From NCBI GenBank assembly GCA_905178155.1, contig CAJINV010000005.1, positions 5,523,747 to 5,587,746 of the forward strand: 64,000 bases of DNA, read 5' to 3'. Source of the stretch: Amoebophrya sp. A120. Its lineage: Eukaryota; Protista; Dinoflagellata. Position 1 is the stretch's first letter; every line of letters begins with the position of its first letter. The translations under genes were made by a program, and so were the position numbers. Shown here one piece after another: positions 35,791 to 48,425 of the stretch. A model generated the notes under the pieces. That model was not told the DNA's origin, did no database searches, and worked only from the letters and a program-made list of their open reading frames with translations.

Positions 35791-38700
35791 ATGGCCATGC
35801 TGCGGTTCCAAAGCGAATCTGTTGAGTCTATCTCATCTTCCCGCAGCCCTACAAACCGACCTGGAGGTGCGAAGGTGAGGTTCTGCTTGGCGACAAAGAC
35901 CATATCACATTTTCGCCTCGCAACCATTTTTGCGTTTCACTGTCTCTTGTGTAGTGTGCAGATGAAATTTTCTGTACTAGCGCTCGGGCTCGAGCTAAGG
36001 AAAGCGGTAGCTGCAACGCCTGCTGCCGGAGGTACTAGTCCAGCTCTACTCGTGCCGCACGAACACCATGTTGAGCATAGTACTCTGAGTTCCACAGCCA
36101 CTGCTGCAGCTTCTGTGATTCAGCATCCTGCCGCGGCCGCTCGGAGGCCGGTGCCGGCAGCTTTGCAGCAGGCAGACCTGCAGCAGCCTCAACAACCAGA
36201 AATCAATCCAAGCGGCCCCGCTGGACAACAACTTGGCGGCTCGCCAAAATCCCCCGATGCCACACGGTCGGACTTAGCAGCTTGGGCGAGGAGGCATCAA
36301 ACTACCGGAGGCGCAGCAGCAGGGTCTTTGCTGCTGAGCACGCAGTTGCACAGTCTGATGCCCGGTGGAGGTGGTGGGTCGCCGGCAGGGAGTCCGGTCG
36401 CGGCTGCACAGCCAGGAGTACTACAGGTACAGCACCAGTACAACCCACATCACGCACCAGGATATGTTGACTATGCATTACCTGCTCAAGAACATAATGG
36501 GCATGATGCAAATCCAAATGCATCTTCCCCAGAACAGGAGCAGAATTTCTACATGCAACAGCTCCAGCTGCGGCAGCAGTTGCAGCAGGAGCAGACGCAG
36601 TTGCGGATGTGGTTGCACCACCATCAGGTTACTAGTGCGCAAGCACAACAGCAGCAGCAGCAGCAGTACTATGCGCAATATTACCATCAACAGCAGATGA
36701 TGCAGCATGCGCAAGCTGGTGGTCACACAGTTGGCCAGCAAATGGTTTGCCACGGAGGCCAACAGGCAAATGCCGTGGGAATAAACGCGGCAGTGTCCCC
36801 CGTAGTACAGGGTGGTGGTGGTAGTGTTCCACCTAATATCATGATGTCTCCTGCGCCGCCTCCTGCCAGTGCTGGCGCAACAACTACACCTGCGGTTGAT
36901 CATGTTGGTGCGGCTGCTTCGAACTTGGCAAGCGCGGGCACGGGCGGCGGGGGTGTCTATCACGTCGACCAGCAGGTCGTTATGCAACGGCCCACCGAGC
37001 ACGTATGGAGTGTGCGAGGTACGCTCGGTTGCCCTGTGATGCAAGTGGTGCATCAAACTACGGTTCCGGTTCTCACGAGTGGTGCAACAACGACTGGAGA
37101 GCAAATACCGCAACAGCAATCTTCCTCTGCCAGCAGTACAGAGCCTCGCCCTACTCAGCAGCAATTTGATCGGAATGTTGCGCACGCGCGAGAGCTTGCG
37201 TCTGCCACGAAAGCAAATCTGGGGACAACGAGTCCAAAAAGTTTGGGGCTAGTGTCAGACGGTTGTTCCGCCGTTCATGCATCATATGAAGCGGGGACAC
37301 AGGAACTGCAATTTGGAAGTGCGTCTACCTCAGGAACTGATGCGCAATGCGCGGCTTCAGCGCCAGCGAAAGAGCAGCACGGTGCGTCTACCTCTGATGA
37401 CCATACTCACCAAGAACAGCAGCAAACGACGGGCAGTGGTGGGAGTGACGCGGGCTTTTACAACACCTACAGTGGCTGTGGGCCGCAAGAACATGGCTAC
37501 CTCTACCCTCACCCACCGTATCAAACCGGGACAGGAGAAGGGGAACAACAACAACAAGCACAGTGCCCACAGCAGCTACAGCTGCCGCCCCAGCACAACT
37601 TTATCCCTTCTGAGCACCAAGATCAATATCAAGGTCTTATTCATGCGCCCGGAAGAACCCACGATCCACCTGCGGCGCAGTTTTACAACTCTGGAGGAGG
37701 ATTTGTTTGGGGCCAGCCCCAGCAGCCGTTGACCGAGGGCGGAGTGCCTTCCTATGAGAGTGCACATCTCCCCCTCCTCCTCGTTTGTTAGGCTTGAACA
37801 GCAATACAAAAGCCAGCACTCCTGAAGCCTGTGCATGACAAGTTCACCGGTCGTCAAAGGTAGTACTGTTTGGCCTTCCAAAATTTGTCATGCAAACAGT
37901 GCTACAGGGCAGCAAATGGATTTGCGGTTTTGCATAACAAATGAGGATGAGGGGGAGCTGTGCAATGTCATACTTCCATGGATGTTACCATGATTCCTTA
38001 CTCGCCGGTAGCCAGTTATGGAGGCATCAGGATCGAAATCGACAAAGTTGAAATAATTTCTCATGCATAAATTGCAAGGCATGAAGTGCCTCTCTTGCAG
38101 GGATGGCAAGTGAGGCCGACTGGCAGCCTGTTTGCGGTCTGCGATAGAGCTGCTAAAGTAGCATGACAAAAGACGCCTTTTGTCCCTAAACAGCATGACA
38201 ACTGGATTTAGACGGTGCCGAAATTTGTCATGCACCGCTTCGAAATTGGGCTTCCAACTGGTATCGATTTTATGCATGGCAAATTATTTTAACTTTGACG
38301 ATTTCGATCCTGACACATCCATACCAGTCCGAGCACTGCGGAAGGTCCTCGCGCAGGCAGTACCAGTATTCATCCCGTAGTACAGCCCTTGTATGCGCCG
38401 TCGCCGGCTGGAGAAGCTTCGGCTTCAGGTAGGAAAAATCCTCAACAAGGGGGGCTGAGTCCTGCTCCTGGAGAAGTACTAGTAGACACAACTACCATGA
38501 CAATCACTGCATCTCCCTCCAGTAACGCGATGATCACATCCCCCGTTGGAACAATTTTTCCCGAAACCCCATCGCCATCCAGAATGCACAATTTGAGCCA
38601 GGAGCCGGGTGTTTTTGCAGCAGCTCAGGATCATATTACAACTTCTAACCAGTTGTATCAGACGGCGGATGCGGACCTCCAAGCAGCTCTTATTTCTAGC

Positions 38701-41700
38701 ATGAATCTGCAGCAAGAACCGCGGGAAATGTTGCCGGCTGAACAAATGGCGCATCAGTCCAACTACCATAATTCCGAAGACCATAGTAGCAGAACTGACG
38801 CAGGGTCAGGGACAGCTGCTGCAGCCGCAGTTGCGTCCTCTGCAAATAATTCCTTCGCGCGCCAGACTAGTGCATCTTCCGAAGTAGACCACCTCACTTG
38901 CTACATGTGGCAGGACTCATCAACATCTCCGAAGCCGGACCTCCAGAGCGCATTAGGTGGCCAGCAACAGCCGCAGGCTCAGGTCCTGCGCCCAGGGCAA
39001 GCCGTGAACGTGAGCTCTCATCGCGGTGCGGGGGTGCTGCCGGCGGTGGCCCAGCCGGAAGCAGTGGCAGTTCCTGCTGGAGGGGTACTATCGCAGCCGC
39101 ACATAATTCCGGCGCAAGGCGGTGAGATGATGAATCATGGACAACATCAGCAAGAACTTCAATTTTTACAGCAGCAATTTCAGGGCGTTGGTGTTCTGCA
39201 GCAACCTCAATACTTTCCACTACCGCAACAGCAGTATAACCAACAGCCACAGCAGTACCAGCAGCAGTACCAAAAACCCGAACGACCTCCGCTGGTCAGC
39301 ACGGCGCCGGACGGACTTCGTGTCATGTCTACGTCGGGCCACGATCCGGCTGCCACCGTCTATCATGTCGCTGCTGCACAAGCACAATTGCAAGCAGCAA
39401 ACGTAGCTGCCGGACACCAGCAGCAAGACGGTCAACAGCCCCCTGCTTGTTCTTATCTTCCAGCGTACTACACAGGAGCTGATGGGGCAGCCCAAGCAGT
39501 AGCTCCGTATGCGATGCCGCAACAGCACTACCACCACCCCTGCATTAACCAAATGATGGTAATGAACCAAGCGACAGCACAGGCACAGCAGCAGCAGCAA
39601 ATGCAAAATGTGCAGCAAATGCAGCTGCAAATGAACGCGCCTTACCCGCCTTTTGTGTATGATCCAAATCAAACACCCACTCCGGCGGAAGATGCGTTGG
39701 TGGCCGCGCAAGAGCATGCTGTGCAGGCACAAAAACCAGCACAGCAGCACCAGCACACGGCTGTGCCTGTTATGTCCGCATCTTCCGGAGATGGGGTCGA
39801 GCAGGTGCACCAGCACAATCGGGGACATCACTACCAACAACGCGACGTGCAAAGAGGCTCACCTAGTAGTACTGCGACCGCAGAAGCTCCTGTTGGAGAG
39901 CATAATAAAGGGCGTGGTTCTGATGTACAACAAGTTGCAAGAACTTTTTCTACACCAACACCGTCATCCCCGTCTACTCAACAACATTCTCAGCTGCTAC
40001 CGCAGCCGAAGACGCCCCCGCCAGACCATCCCCCTTCTCCCGTGAATTTGCTTAGTGCGGGAGTGAAAGTTGACCTTGATCGGGAAGGAGGAAAAGAGCG
40101 CACTTCATCTACGAAAAAGACGTCGGAGCAGGTAGCAGCAGCGACAGCTGCGGCATCGTCGTACACGACAGCGACACATGGTGCACAGAGGAAGAAGGCT
40201 TCCACAGATACTACACACGCAGCGATTTTTCGCCCTAATGGAAGCGAGACAGCAGTTGTAGAAAATAACGCGAGCAGCGAATTGGAATTCGTCGCTTCCT
40301 CAGTAAGTAGCAGCTCCAGCCAGACAACTCAGCAAGTAGCAGCTCCAGGCAGACAGCGGGGCCTTGTACAGGGGCAAATGCGAACTGTGAATCATGATGC
40401 CGCCGCAGCAGGTACAGATCAGGACGCCGGTCATGGACAGGAGTTACGTCAGCCTCGTCACACGAACGAGTCTGATTTATTCGAGGAACAGAAGGCGTTG
40501 ACAGTAGACCTCGAAATCGCTGACAATGAAGACGACACCTCATCTTCGCTGGAAATGAATCGAACTTTGTCGCAAGCTACCATCGCCTCCAGTTCCCAGC
40601 CGGTGTTGACGTCAGAGCAGGCGCAATCGCAAAACTTCTACTCCGCCTCGTCAGAAGTCACGAGCCGGGCGTCCGCAATCTCATCCACCTCCCCCCGTGG
40701 CGCAGCATCCTCATCGCAGAAAAGTAGAAAGAGCCGTAGAGGAGAAGGAGAAAAGGTGTACGATTCGCAAACCGAGACACGGTTACAGGCACGAAGTATC
40801 GGCTCCGGTCACGGGAGGCAGCACGAGCACGAAGGCGCGGGAAGTTCTGCGTCATCCAAAAATGCTCCTGTGCCTGCACCTGCTAAAGCGAAAGCCGCGG
40901 GTGTCGTTGATCACATGCGCCAGAATTTATATGTTCCCCCGCACGCAAGGTCTTCTGCTGGACCATCGAGCGTGGAAGTTGCTGATATTACATCAAGAAA
41001 GAGTACAGCTGCAGAAAAGAGCGAAACTACTCCTCTTGTTGCCAAGAAGAAGCAGAAGAAGTCCGGCGCAGGAAGTCGCAGTGTAGGTGATGGCGCCTCT
41101 TCGTCTGTCGCCTCTTCCTCGAATAGCGGCGCGGGGGCCCCCCGTACTGGTTTGTTTGCTGCTGCACCAGCCTCGTCAACCGCCCACTCGTCCGAGTACA
41201 ACCACCAAGAATTAGTAGACTTAGTGCGCGAAGTGACCACTGGCACCTCTGCTGCTCCGCACGAAAGTGCGGTAGTGGGGCCGTCGCACTACCCGCACCA
41301 TCACTATTACTATCAGCAGCAAGTGGCAGCGCAGGCCACAGGAGCTGGTCAGAACCCCTGGCATGCGTATAACAACCACCTGGCCCACCTTGCGGCGCAG
41401 GCGCAGCCGCACGGCTACAACCCGCAACTTCATGCAATAGAGCAAGGGACTTCTACTGGCAACATTCACGGCGTTTTTCACCACACCAACCATCAAAGTC
41501 CCGTCGTCGATCCCTGGACGGAGAGAAACCCTGCTCTGGCGGAGCAGGTCTTGTATCCCGAGCTGAAAAACGAAATGTTGGAGTACACGAAACACTGGTG
41601 TGTGGTTTTCCGTGCGGAAAATCGGCAACGGGGCCGGCCTCTCTGGACGATCCCGGACTTGCCGCGGTGGTTGAGTGGGGATACCAGCTCGCAGTGTCCG

Positions 41701-42027
41701 CAGGAACTCGCCAGAAACCCGCACCACGGGGTCAACCCGAACGGCTTCAACCCCGATGAGTGGGAGCTGCACATTCCGCCCCGGGACCTTGCGGATTCGC
41801 AGTGGTGGGTGCGGTTCCGCAGGCCGAGGGGAGGGGCTGGGCGAGGTCCGCTTCCGACTGCGTATGGACATCAGCACGTCGTCGGGCAGGAACAGTTACA
41901 CGATCAGTATTTACGTTACCACCACGGAACCGCACTGGCTGCGCCAGAAGGCGTGCGCGCTCTGCAGCCTATGTTGCAAGCCACAACGGAAGTGGTCGTG
42001 GGGGACCCTGCAATTGAACTGTCGTGA
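35791..42027 (+). CDS. Hypothetical Q/A/S-rich low-complexity protein (~1899 aa) with N-terminal hydrophobic stretch
   Basis: ORFs 35791 and 38389 join in frame through a micro-exon after removing introners 37753-37972 and 38017-38323 (1900 codons). Start codon uncertain. Confidence 0.7.
37753..37972. mobile_element. Introner type D
   Basis: TIR; TSD CTTCC. Confidence 0.9.
38017..38323. mobile_element. Introner type C
   Basis: TIR; TSD CCAGT. Confidence 0.9.
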
Positions 42028-42982
42028 TTTTGGAAAGCGGTTGAATATGAATAAAAACGGGGCAGAGGCAGAGCAGCCTCTTCAACTTCTTGTAACTCAC
42101 GAGATGAATACAAACACAAATGTAAAATCCGATAAAATAATTTCAACTTTTTCAATGTTCTTCGAAGCTCTGTAACTTCAAGCTGACTATCGATGCAGAA
42201 TGTCCGCGGCGGAACGCAAAATGCTACAGTAGGAGAAGAACCCTTCTCTGCCATAATTATGCCAAAATGAAAATCCGAAAACCGATGAGAAAAAAGAAAT
42301 TGCAAGAGAATAAAGCGAAATATGGAAAATCAAAATTATTGCAAGGGCAGCACCCAGAAGAAAATGATACTGTCGGAAACAGAACAGCATGAATTTCTCG
42401 CGCATGTTGAAGATCACACTCGCGAATGCCTCCATGAAGCCTGTGTTTTGCACCACCTGCGCTAACTATATGAAGTGAGATACTTACTTCTAGCGAAGAT
42501 GCACAATTTTTACAGAAAGTCTGATGGATTCGACATCTCCAAGTTGGTTGGTGTATTCTGACTACTTCTTTGAATGCTGACGTTGTGATCTTCGGATTGG
42601 ACGATTTCTATGAAATTGTGGTGATGGTGCACGAAAGCGCAAGCGCTACGAAAAATTTGTTCTCAATTTTTTACTCTCCACAACGATCATTGACTAACTT
42701 GAAAACTTTTATTTGATCACTTTAATCCGATTTCAATTTCCTGCAAATTTCCAGCGAGAGAAGAATAAGTTTGGCCGCTCTAGACATTTCCTCCAAGCGA
42801 CATCAAATAGACGTAGAAGTCTTTCGAATTGGTTTAGTTTCACCTTTGTCTCTTCTATTCAGACATTTCCATGTGATTTCTATTTTCGTGCATTACTTGA
42901 TCATCTTGAAATATCAGTGAGTGTGACACTCACGACGACTTGCACCGACCACTAAACTCCACCACCACGCAGCTCCCAAAAT

Positions 42983-45702
42983 ATGTCGACCCCCAACCCG
43001 TCCGACTTGTTCAAGAAGTTCGCCCCGAAACTGAACAAAAACAAGGCCAAAGCGGGGAACCGACCGGCGAATGCAAGAGGTGGATCCTCAGGCTCGGGTG
43101 CAGCATCCAATGCAACTGGATCTGGTCTTCGGGGGCAACAACATCATCTCCTCGGCGGGAACCAGCCAGGCGCCAAAATCGCCGGGTTGAAATCCAACAG
43201 TGCCTCTACCGCCGCGCAGAACGATGTCGAATCCTGGTTTGACGACGGCGCGCGGGAGCGCGATCGGCAGTTGTCGAAGGAAGCGGCGATACTGCAAAAG
43301 AAAAACATGATGAAGAACAAGCAAGAACTGGGGGGCGGGCTGCAGGGATACGGAAATAAAGCTAGTAGCGCCGCGAGAGTTTTACCAGGTGCTGCGTCCG
43401 CTTCTAAAGCAGCGACAAGTGCGACCACGGGGAGAAATGTGTTGAATGGAGCGGCGGGAATAAACAATGGCAAGAACAACAACGTGCGGGGAGTGCAGAA
43501 CGGCACTACAACTCAGCGATCCGGCAGCAGTGCTGGGAATGCTGTGGCTCGTGCAGCGGGGAGCAGCGCTAGTGGATCCTCCGCTCCGAAGTCCTCTCGA
43601 CCGCAGCAGTTGTTGGGTGCAGCTTCCTCGTTATGGAGGCGTCAGGATCGAAATCGACAAAGTTGAAGTAATTCGTGATGCATAAAACGGATACCAGTTG
43701 GCGCCTAGTTTCCAACTGGCGCATGACAAATTTGGGTAGAGCCGAAATCAAGTCTGTAATGCGGTTTGGGTAAGGAAGACGCCTTTTGTCATGCTACTCT
43801 AGCAGCTCTATTGCTATCCCTCAACAGGCTTACAGCCTCCCTCCCTTGCCTACTCTGCAAGACAGGAATTTTGTGGGTTGCATCTTATGCATGACAAACT
43901 ATTTCAACTTTGACGATTTCGATCCTGGCGCATCCATACTCGTCTTCGCACAATCAAAGCAACGCTTTCGTTCAAAACCAGCAAAATAACAACACCTCCT
44001 TCAACCACGGCGATTTCCACCATAATTATTCCAACAACACCATGAGCAGCAAGCTCACCTCCCGCCCGTTGACGGAGATTTCCAAATACGAACTCGACGA
44101 CCCGAACGCATTGTCTCGGCCGACGACCCTGCCCTTTCAGTTTCTCGACACAGATTACTTTGGCGGGGCGAAAAGCAGAGAATTCTTGCCGGATAGCGCG
44201 TGGGCGGGAGCTGGTGCAGTGGTGGGAGAGGAAGATGATATGGATGGCGACAATTATGCTCAGCTGGTACAACTACAAACCGCTTCCGCAGGAGGGGCGA
44301 AAAGCAACAAACCCAAGACTCTAAACGACACGATTTCGACCCACTTGAAGGAAAACGAGGACGAAGACGAGATGGAAACTGTGCCCTCGGAGTCCGATGA
44401 AATTCCCTTGCGGAAGGTACTGTGAGGAAAAATCCCCCCTCCACATATCGAAAAGGTATGTTCCTATAATTTGTGATGCTGATTTGTGGCCACAAGTCCT
44501 GTCTCTCTTGCAAGAAGGCAAATCTAAGGAACCCGCCGCCTTATGGAGGCGATTTGTAATGCTGTTTCACCTACATGGCAGGCCTCTGCTATGCTAAGCG
44601 CCTACAACAAAACACCCCTACGCAGGCTGAGGCTTTGCCTGTAGTGCCTCACTGCAGGACAGGGCTGATTTGTGTACACAAATCCAGCAGCAGAAGTTTC
44701 CGCTTCAATATGGGGAGGGGGGATTTTTCCTTTTGATAGAAGGAGAAAGAGAAGCAAAGGCTGAAGATAAAGCGAAAATCCTCGACGTCCAGTATAATCA
44801 TGGACGTTGACGAGGAGGAGGATCCTGGTTCCGCAGAAGTTCTTCCCGAGTGGGCGACTGTCCAGGCGAAAACCCGACAAGAGTACTTGGAGATCAAGCG
44901 AAGTGTCCGAGCGCTCGCACACAACGGGATCGTGTTGTCCGTGCGGGAGGAAGACCACGCCACCATATGCATTGCAAAAGTATCGTACTAGTTCTAGTAT
45001 GAATTGCAATACAAATTTCCTCAGCATGAGAAATAAATGCGGATTTTACTTGAGAAAGAAATTTGTAATGCATGAATGGGATTACTACATGCACCAGCAC
45101 GATACTTTTGCACAGGATACACCACTGTTGCCGACAATGATTTGAACGAGTGGACACACATGGTCACTCCGATGAACATCCCGTTTGCTTCGTCCGCGTT
45201 TTACCAGCGCTACGCCAACACCCAGAACGACGTCGGGACCTTGTTTGTCTACGACGATGGCAGCGTGGAGCTGCAGACGCTCGACGGGATGCGGTTCGAC
45301 GTGGACCTCGGGACCATTCGCGACCAGCACGACCTGTTCGCCAATGACCCGTATCCTGTGCAAAAGTATCGTACTCGTATGACTGCACTACAAATTTCCT
45401 CAGCATGACAAATAAAATTTGTGATGCGGATTGACGTTAAGAAAAAGCTTTGTAATGTATGATCGAAATACGAGTACGATGCTTTTGCAGTGCATAACCC
45501 GCATGCCGACGAAATGTACGAGTTGGGCGACATGAACCACGAACTTGTCGTGAAAACGAAAAACGACCTGCCGAAAGACCCGGAGACGCTGGCGCGGGAG
45601 GCGTTCGAGAAAGGGGAGGAGGTGGACGAAGAGGAAATGAAATTTTCGGAGGCCTTTGCGGAAATGTTGAAGGAGGTCAGGGAGGGGTTTAAGAAGAAAT
45701 AA
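42983..45702 (+). CDS. RPC4: DNA-directed RNA polymerase III subunit RPC4 (C53/POLR3D)-like, ~590 aa
   Basis: Four introners removed gives 591 codons. C-terminus VGTLFVYDDGSVELQTLDGMRFDVDLGT..DLFAND..EMYELGDMNHELVV resembles the Rpc4 domain (G-L-l-ksG-V-L--G---DV--G ... LG-v-hklV); N-terminal KKFAPKL and central PTTLPF also fit. Recognised by eye. Confidence 0.7.
43632..43938. mobile_element. Introner type C (reverse orientation)
   Basis: TIR; TSD CTCGT; interior is the reverse complement of the other C copies. Confidence 0.9.
44418..44738. mobile_element. Introner type E (reverse orientation, TAC start)
   Basis: TIR; TSD GAAGG (creates canonical GT..AG). Confidence 0.9.
44966..45119. mobile_element. 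Introner type B
   Basis: TIR; TSD CACCA. Confidence 0.9.
45352..45496. mobile_element. Introner type B
   Basis: TIR; TSD ACCCG. Confidence 0.9.
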
Positions 45703-45730
45703 TCATATACAATGTGAATGAGACAAAACT

Positions 45731-46316
45731 TATCGCACCAAAAAAATATATCATACTCATACCGGACCGAAAAAAGTCCAAAAAACGCATTTTTTTCAAT
45801 TTTTGATTTTTCAAAAATCTTCGCGGTGTCCGGCAGAGTCAGGTACCTTGTTTTGTTTTGATGATGGAATGGCATGGATCTTGCATCTATCTATTTTGGC
45901 TGCTTGTAGTAGTTTAACTAGCTATTAGGAGGCGGTTAGGTGCCGCATATCCGGGAACGCTGCTGGCCACATCCACTCCGTCGGAATCGTCGCCTTCGGC
46001 CCCAGGTGGGGCCGAGGAGCATCATGACGAAGAGCAAGGTCTGGACAAGAGCAGCGGGAGCATCCGTGCCAGCCGCCTCCTTCTAGCTAGTTAAACTACT
46101 ACAAGCAGCCAACTCATAGCGTAGCATATTTCTCATCCAAAAAAAATACTCCAGGTCTTACCTCCAAACCCCGCAAATTCGTCGCCGGAAAAAAAAAATC
46201 GCTGATGAAATACTTGAGTTTTTCGACAAAAATGTTGCGCTTTTTCCAAAAAAATGACAATTTTTCATGGTTGAATTCGCGTGAATATGAGTATGATATA
46301 TTTTTTTCGTGCGATA
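45731..46316. mobile_element. Long TAT..ATA element type O (586 bp) just after the RPC4 stop
   Basis: TATCGCACCAAAAAAATATATCATACTCATA..TATGAGTATGATATATTTTTTTCGTGCGATA; TSD AAACT. Confidence 0.9.
45896..46112. repeat. Internal ~42-bp inverted repeat (29 bp perfect) inside element 45731-46316
   Basis: TTGGCTGCTTGTAGTAGTTTAACTAGCTA ... TAGCTAGTTAAACTACTACAAGCAGCCAA, extended by GGAGGCGG/CCGCCTCC. Confidence 0.9.
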
Positions 46317-47723
46317 AAACTAAACGCCCACTGTAAGCAGGAGCATATGCATCTTGCTGCAAAAAACGCGACCCCTGGCGCAACAAGGATTTTCCTCTTT
46401 TGTACACCGCGAAATAACCGCTGCCACAGCTATAAAACCTCGTCGAACTACCTCTGATATCCAAGCTGCCCACAGGGCGAATTTATTCCTCCTGCTCGTC
46501 TGACGACGGCGAGCCGGCGTCATGTGATGTTCATCATGTTGACAAGGAGCTTCTGCGACAATTGCCATTTACATTTTTCGGTATCTTCGTGTGCGCAACT
46601 TCTGTCCTAGCCGAGAATCGGTGTCGTGGCTTAGGTTAAATCATCTTTTCGAATTTGGTTAATCGTCACTTTAGCCCAAATTTTTGTTTAGTTGAGATTG
46701 AGCAGCGCTGTCGAATTCGGTACAATCACGTAAGTACTATCAGAGATTTTGGTACCATTGCTGCGTTCGCTGTCTCTCTCTTTTCTAAATGAATGTCGGA
46801 AGCATAAAGTATTTTTCCTATACAGCGTGTCGGTATCTTCAATACAGCTTGGCCTATGGTATGTAATTCAATTCGGTTTATTTTCGTTCGCTTTATTCGC
46901 GCTTCCTTTTGTGGAACATTTCGGAATTGAGTTTATCGTCGCCGTCGTGCCACCTACAAGGGTACGTCAACAATACAAACCTTCTCGTCGGTCATGATGG
47001 ACTCTGTCTTCCACTTCCTCGATGTCGGTTTTTCAGTTTTTCGTCACTATTGCTTCGTGAACGTTACTAAAAGCACTTTTCGTACTACGTATTACCACCT
47101 CGTGACGTTCACAATTTTCTTTTTCGCTTATGTTGAAATGGCAGAAGGGATCGGTAGGTTTAAAATTTGAAAGAGCTTCGAGCTAAACTAACTACACAGG
47201 ACTTGTTGCTGCTGGCAAAGATATCGATAGTACCTGAGTAGTAAAGATTTGTCTATTTGATTTGATATATGTGCCAACAACGAGCAACCCCACCCAGAAG
47301 CCTAAACAAAAAGTATCCGCCGTAGTTTTCAATCAGAGACGCTATTGACTTTTGAGGACCCAAGTGTTGCAAGAAGTACCTCTACGGATGTTGACTGCCG
47401 ACTTCCACGTGGTCTGCGGTCTCTGCTAGTCTGGATCGTTCTACAACACGTCGGTGAAACTACATTCTGCGAGCAGTTCCAAAGTCGAAGATTTATCTTG
47501 CTGCCATCCTGGTCCGCTCCAAGTCACGTACCCTGCTGCAGTTGCGGCTGATAAGAAGTACACGAAGAGCTTCATAATTTCGCCGCTCATCGTCTCGTCG
47601 CTCTACGCCTGTTGTCGAAGGACCCGAGCTTGTTACCGAAGCACGCGACGTCGCCCAGCTGTTCTGAAAGAAAATCGGAATAAGCGTAAACCGCAGAGGA
47701 CCCATACTAAGAGGTATACGCAG

Positions 47724-48425
47724 ATGTTGGCAGTGGCGGTCGTTTTGTCGTTCGTGTCCGTGCTGCCTCCGGCTTCTTGTACCGGAAAAACAAAAAAGAT
47801 TGCAAATAAAGTGACAACCACCTCAGCAAGTGACGATTCTGATGATGATCCAAATCGTTCCCTTCGCGACGCCCTAGGAAAGGGAAAGATGGGGGACGCG
47901 GATAAGGCGCTTAAGAGCGCAATCAAAAAAGACGGAAAAACTTTTCTCGAGACGCACGCGCGCCCAGCCCTTGAGTCGATGGCGACGAAGGTCGGAGAAA
48001 CGCTAGACACGCTCATAGAGCAAGTATCAGAAGCAGGCACCTCAGCAGGCGCCCGCCCACTTTATGAGCCGATGCACACGTATTGGTACGATGTTAAGAA
48101 GCCTGAGGACGTAAACAACGACCTGAACAAACTGCGGGAAATCGGAACCAGTCTTGCCCTAAATCATCTCAAACAAGAACCACGCGGCCGCGCCGATGAA
48201 GACACATCATTTTCTGGTCTGTCCGCTTTTGTGACGGCCGCGCCACCTGGTCCTTTGCGTGTTTCTCTTGCAATCGGTGCAGGTCTGCCCGACCTCGTGA
48301 GAAAATTGCAGGATGGTCCTCTGCGTGATGCTCTTGATTCCGCGGTGCGGTCCAAGTCCAGCTCCTTCCTTTCCCGTCGGATGGCCCCGAAGCACGCTCG
48401 ACAACAACGGCTGGTTATGGCGTAA
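47724..48425 (+). CDS. Hypothetical secreted-type protein (233 aa), intronless
   Basis: First ATG in ORF 47454..48425 begins signal-peptide-like MLAVAVVLSFVSVLPPASC; stop TAA ends at 48425. Confidence 0.6.
   Translation: MLAVAVVLSFVSVLPPASCTGKTKKIANKVTTTSASDDSDDDPNRSLRDALGKGKMGDADKALKSAIKKDGKTFLETHARPALESMATKVGETLDTLIEQVSEAGTSAGARPLYEPMHTYWYDVKKPEDVNNDLNKLREIGTSLALNHLKQEPRGRADEDTSFSGLSAFVTAAPPGPLRVSLAIGAGLPDLVRKLQDGPLRDALDSAVRSKSSSFLSRRMAPKHARQQRLVMA

Noticed and set aside
17404-41877. Long minus-strand ORFs (e.g. 17404-18228, 23457-24128, 36478-37185, 41221-41877)
   Set aside because: Antisense shadows of GC-rich + strand exons with no independent coding signal.
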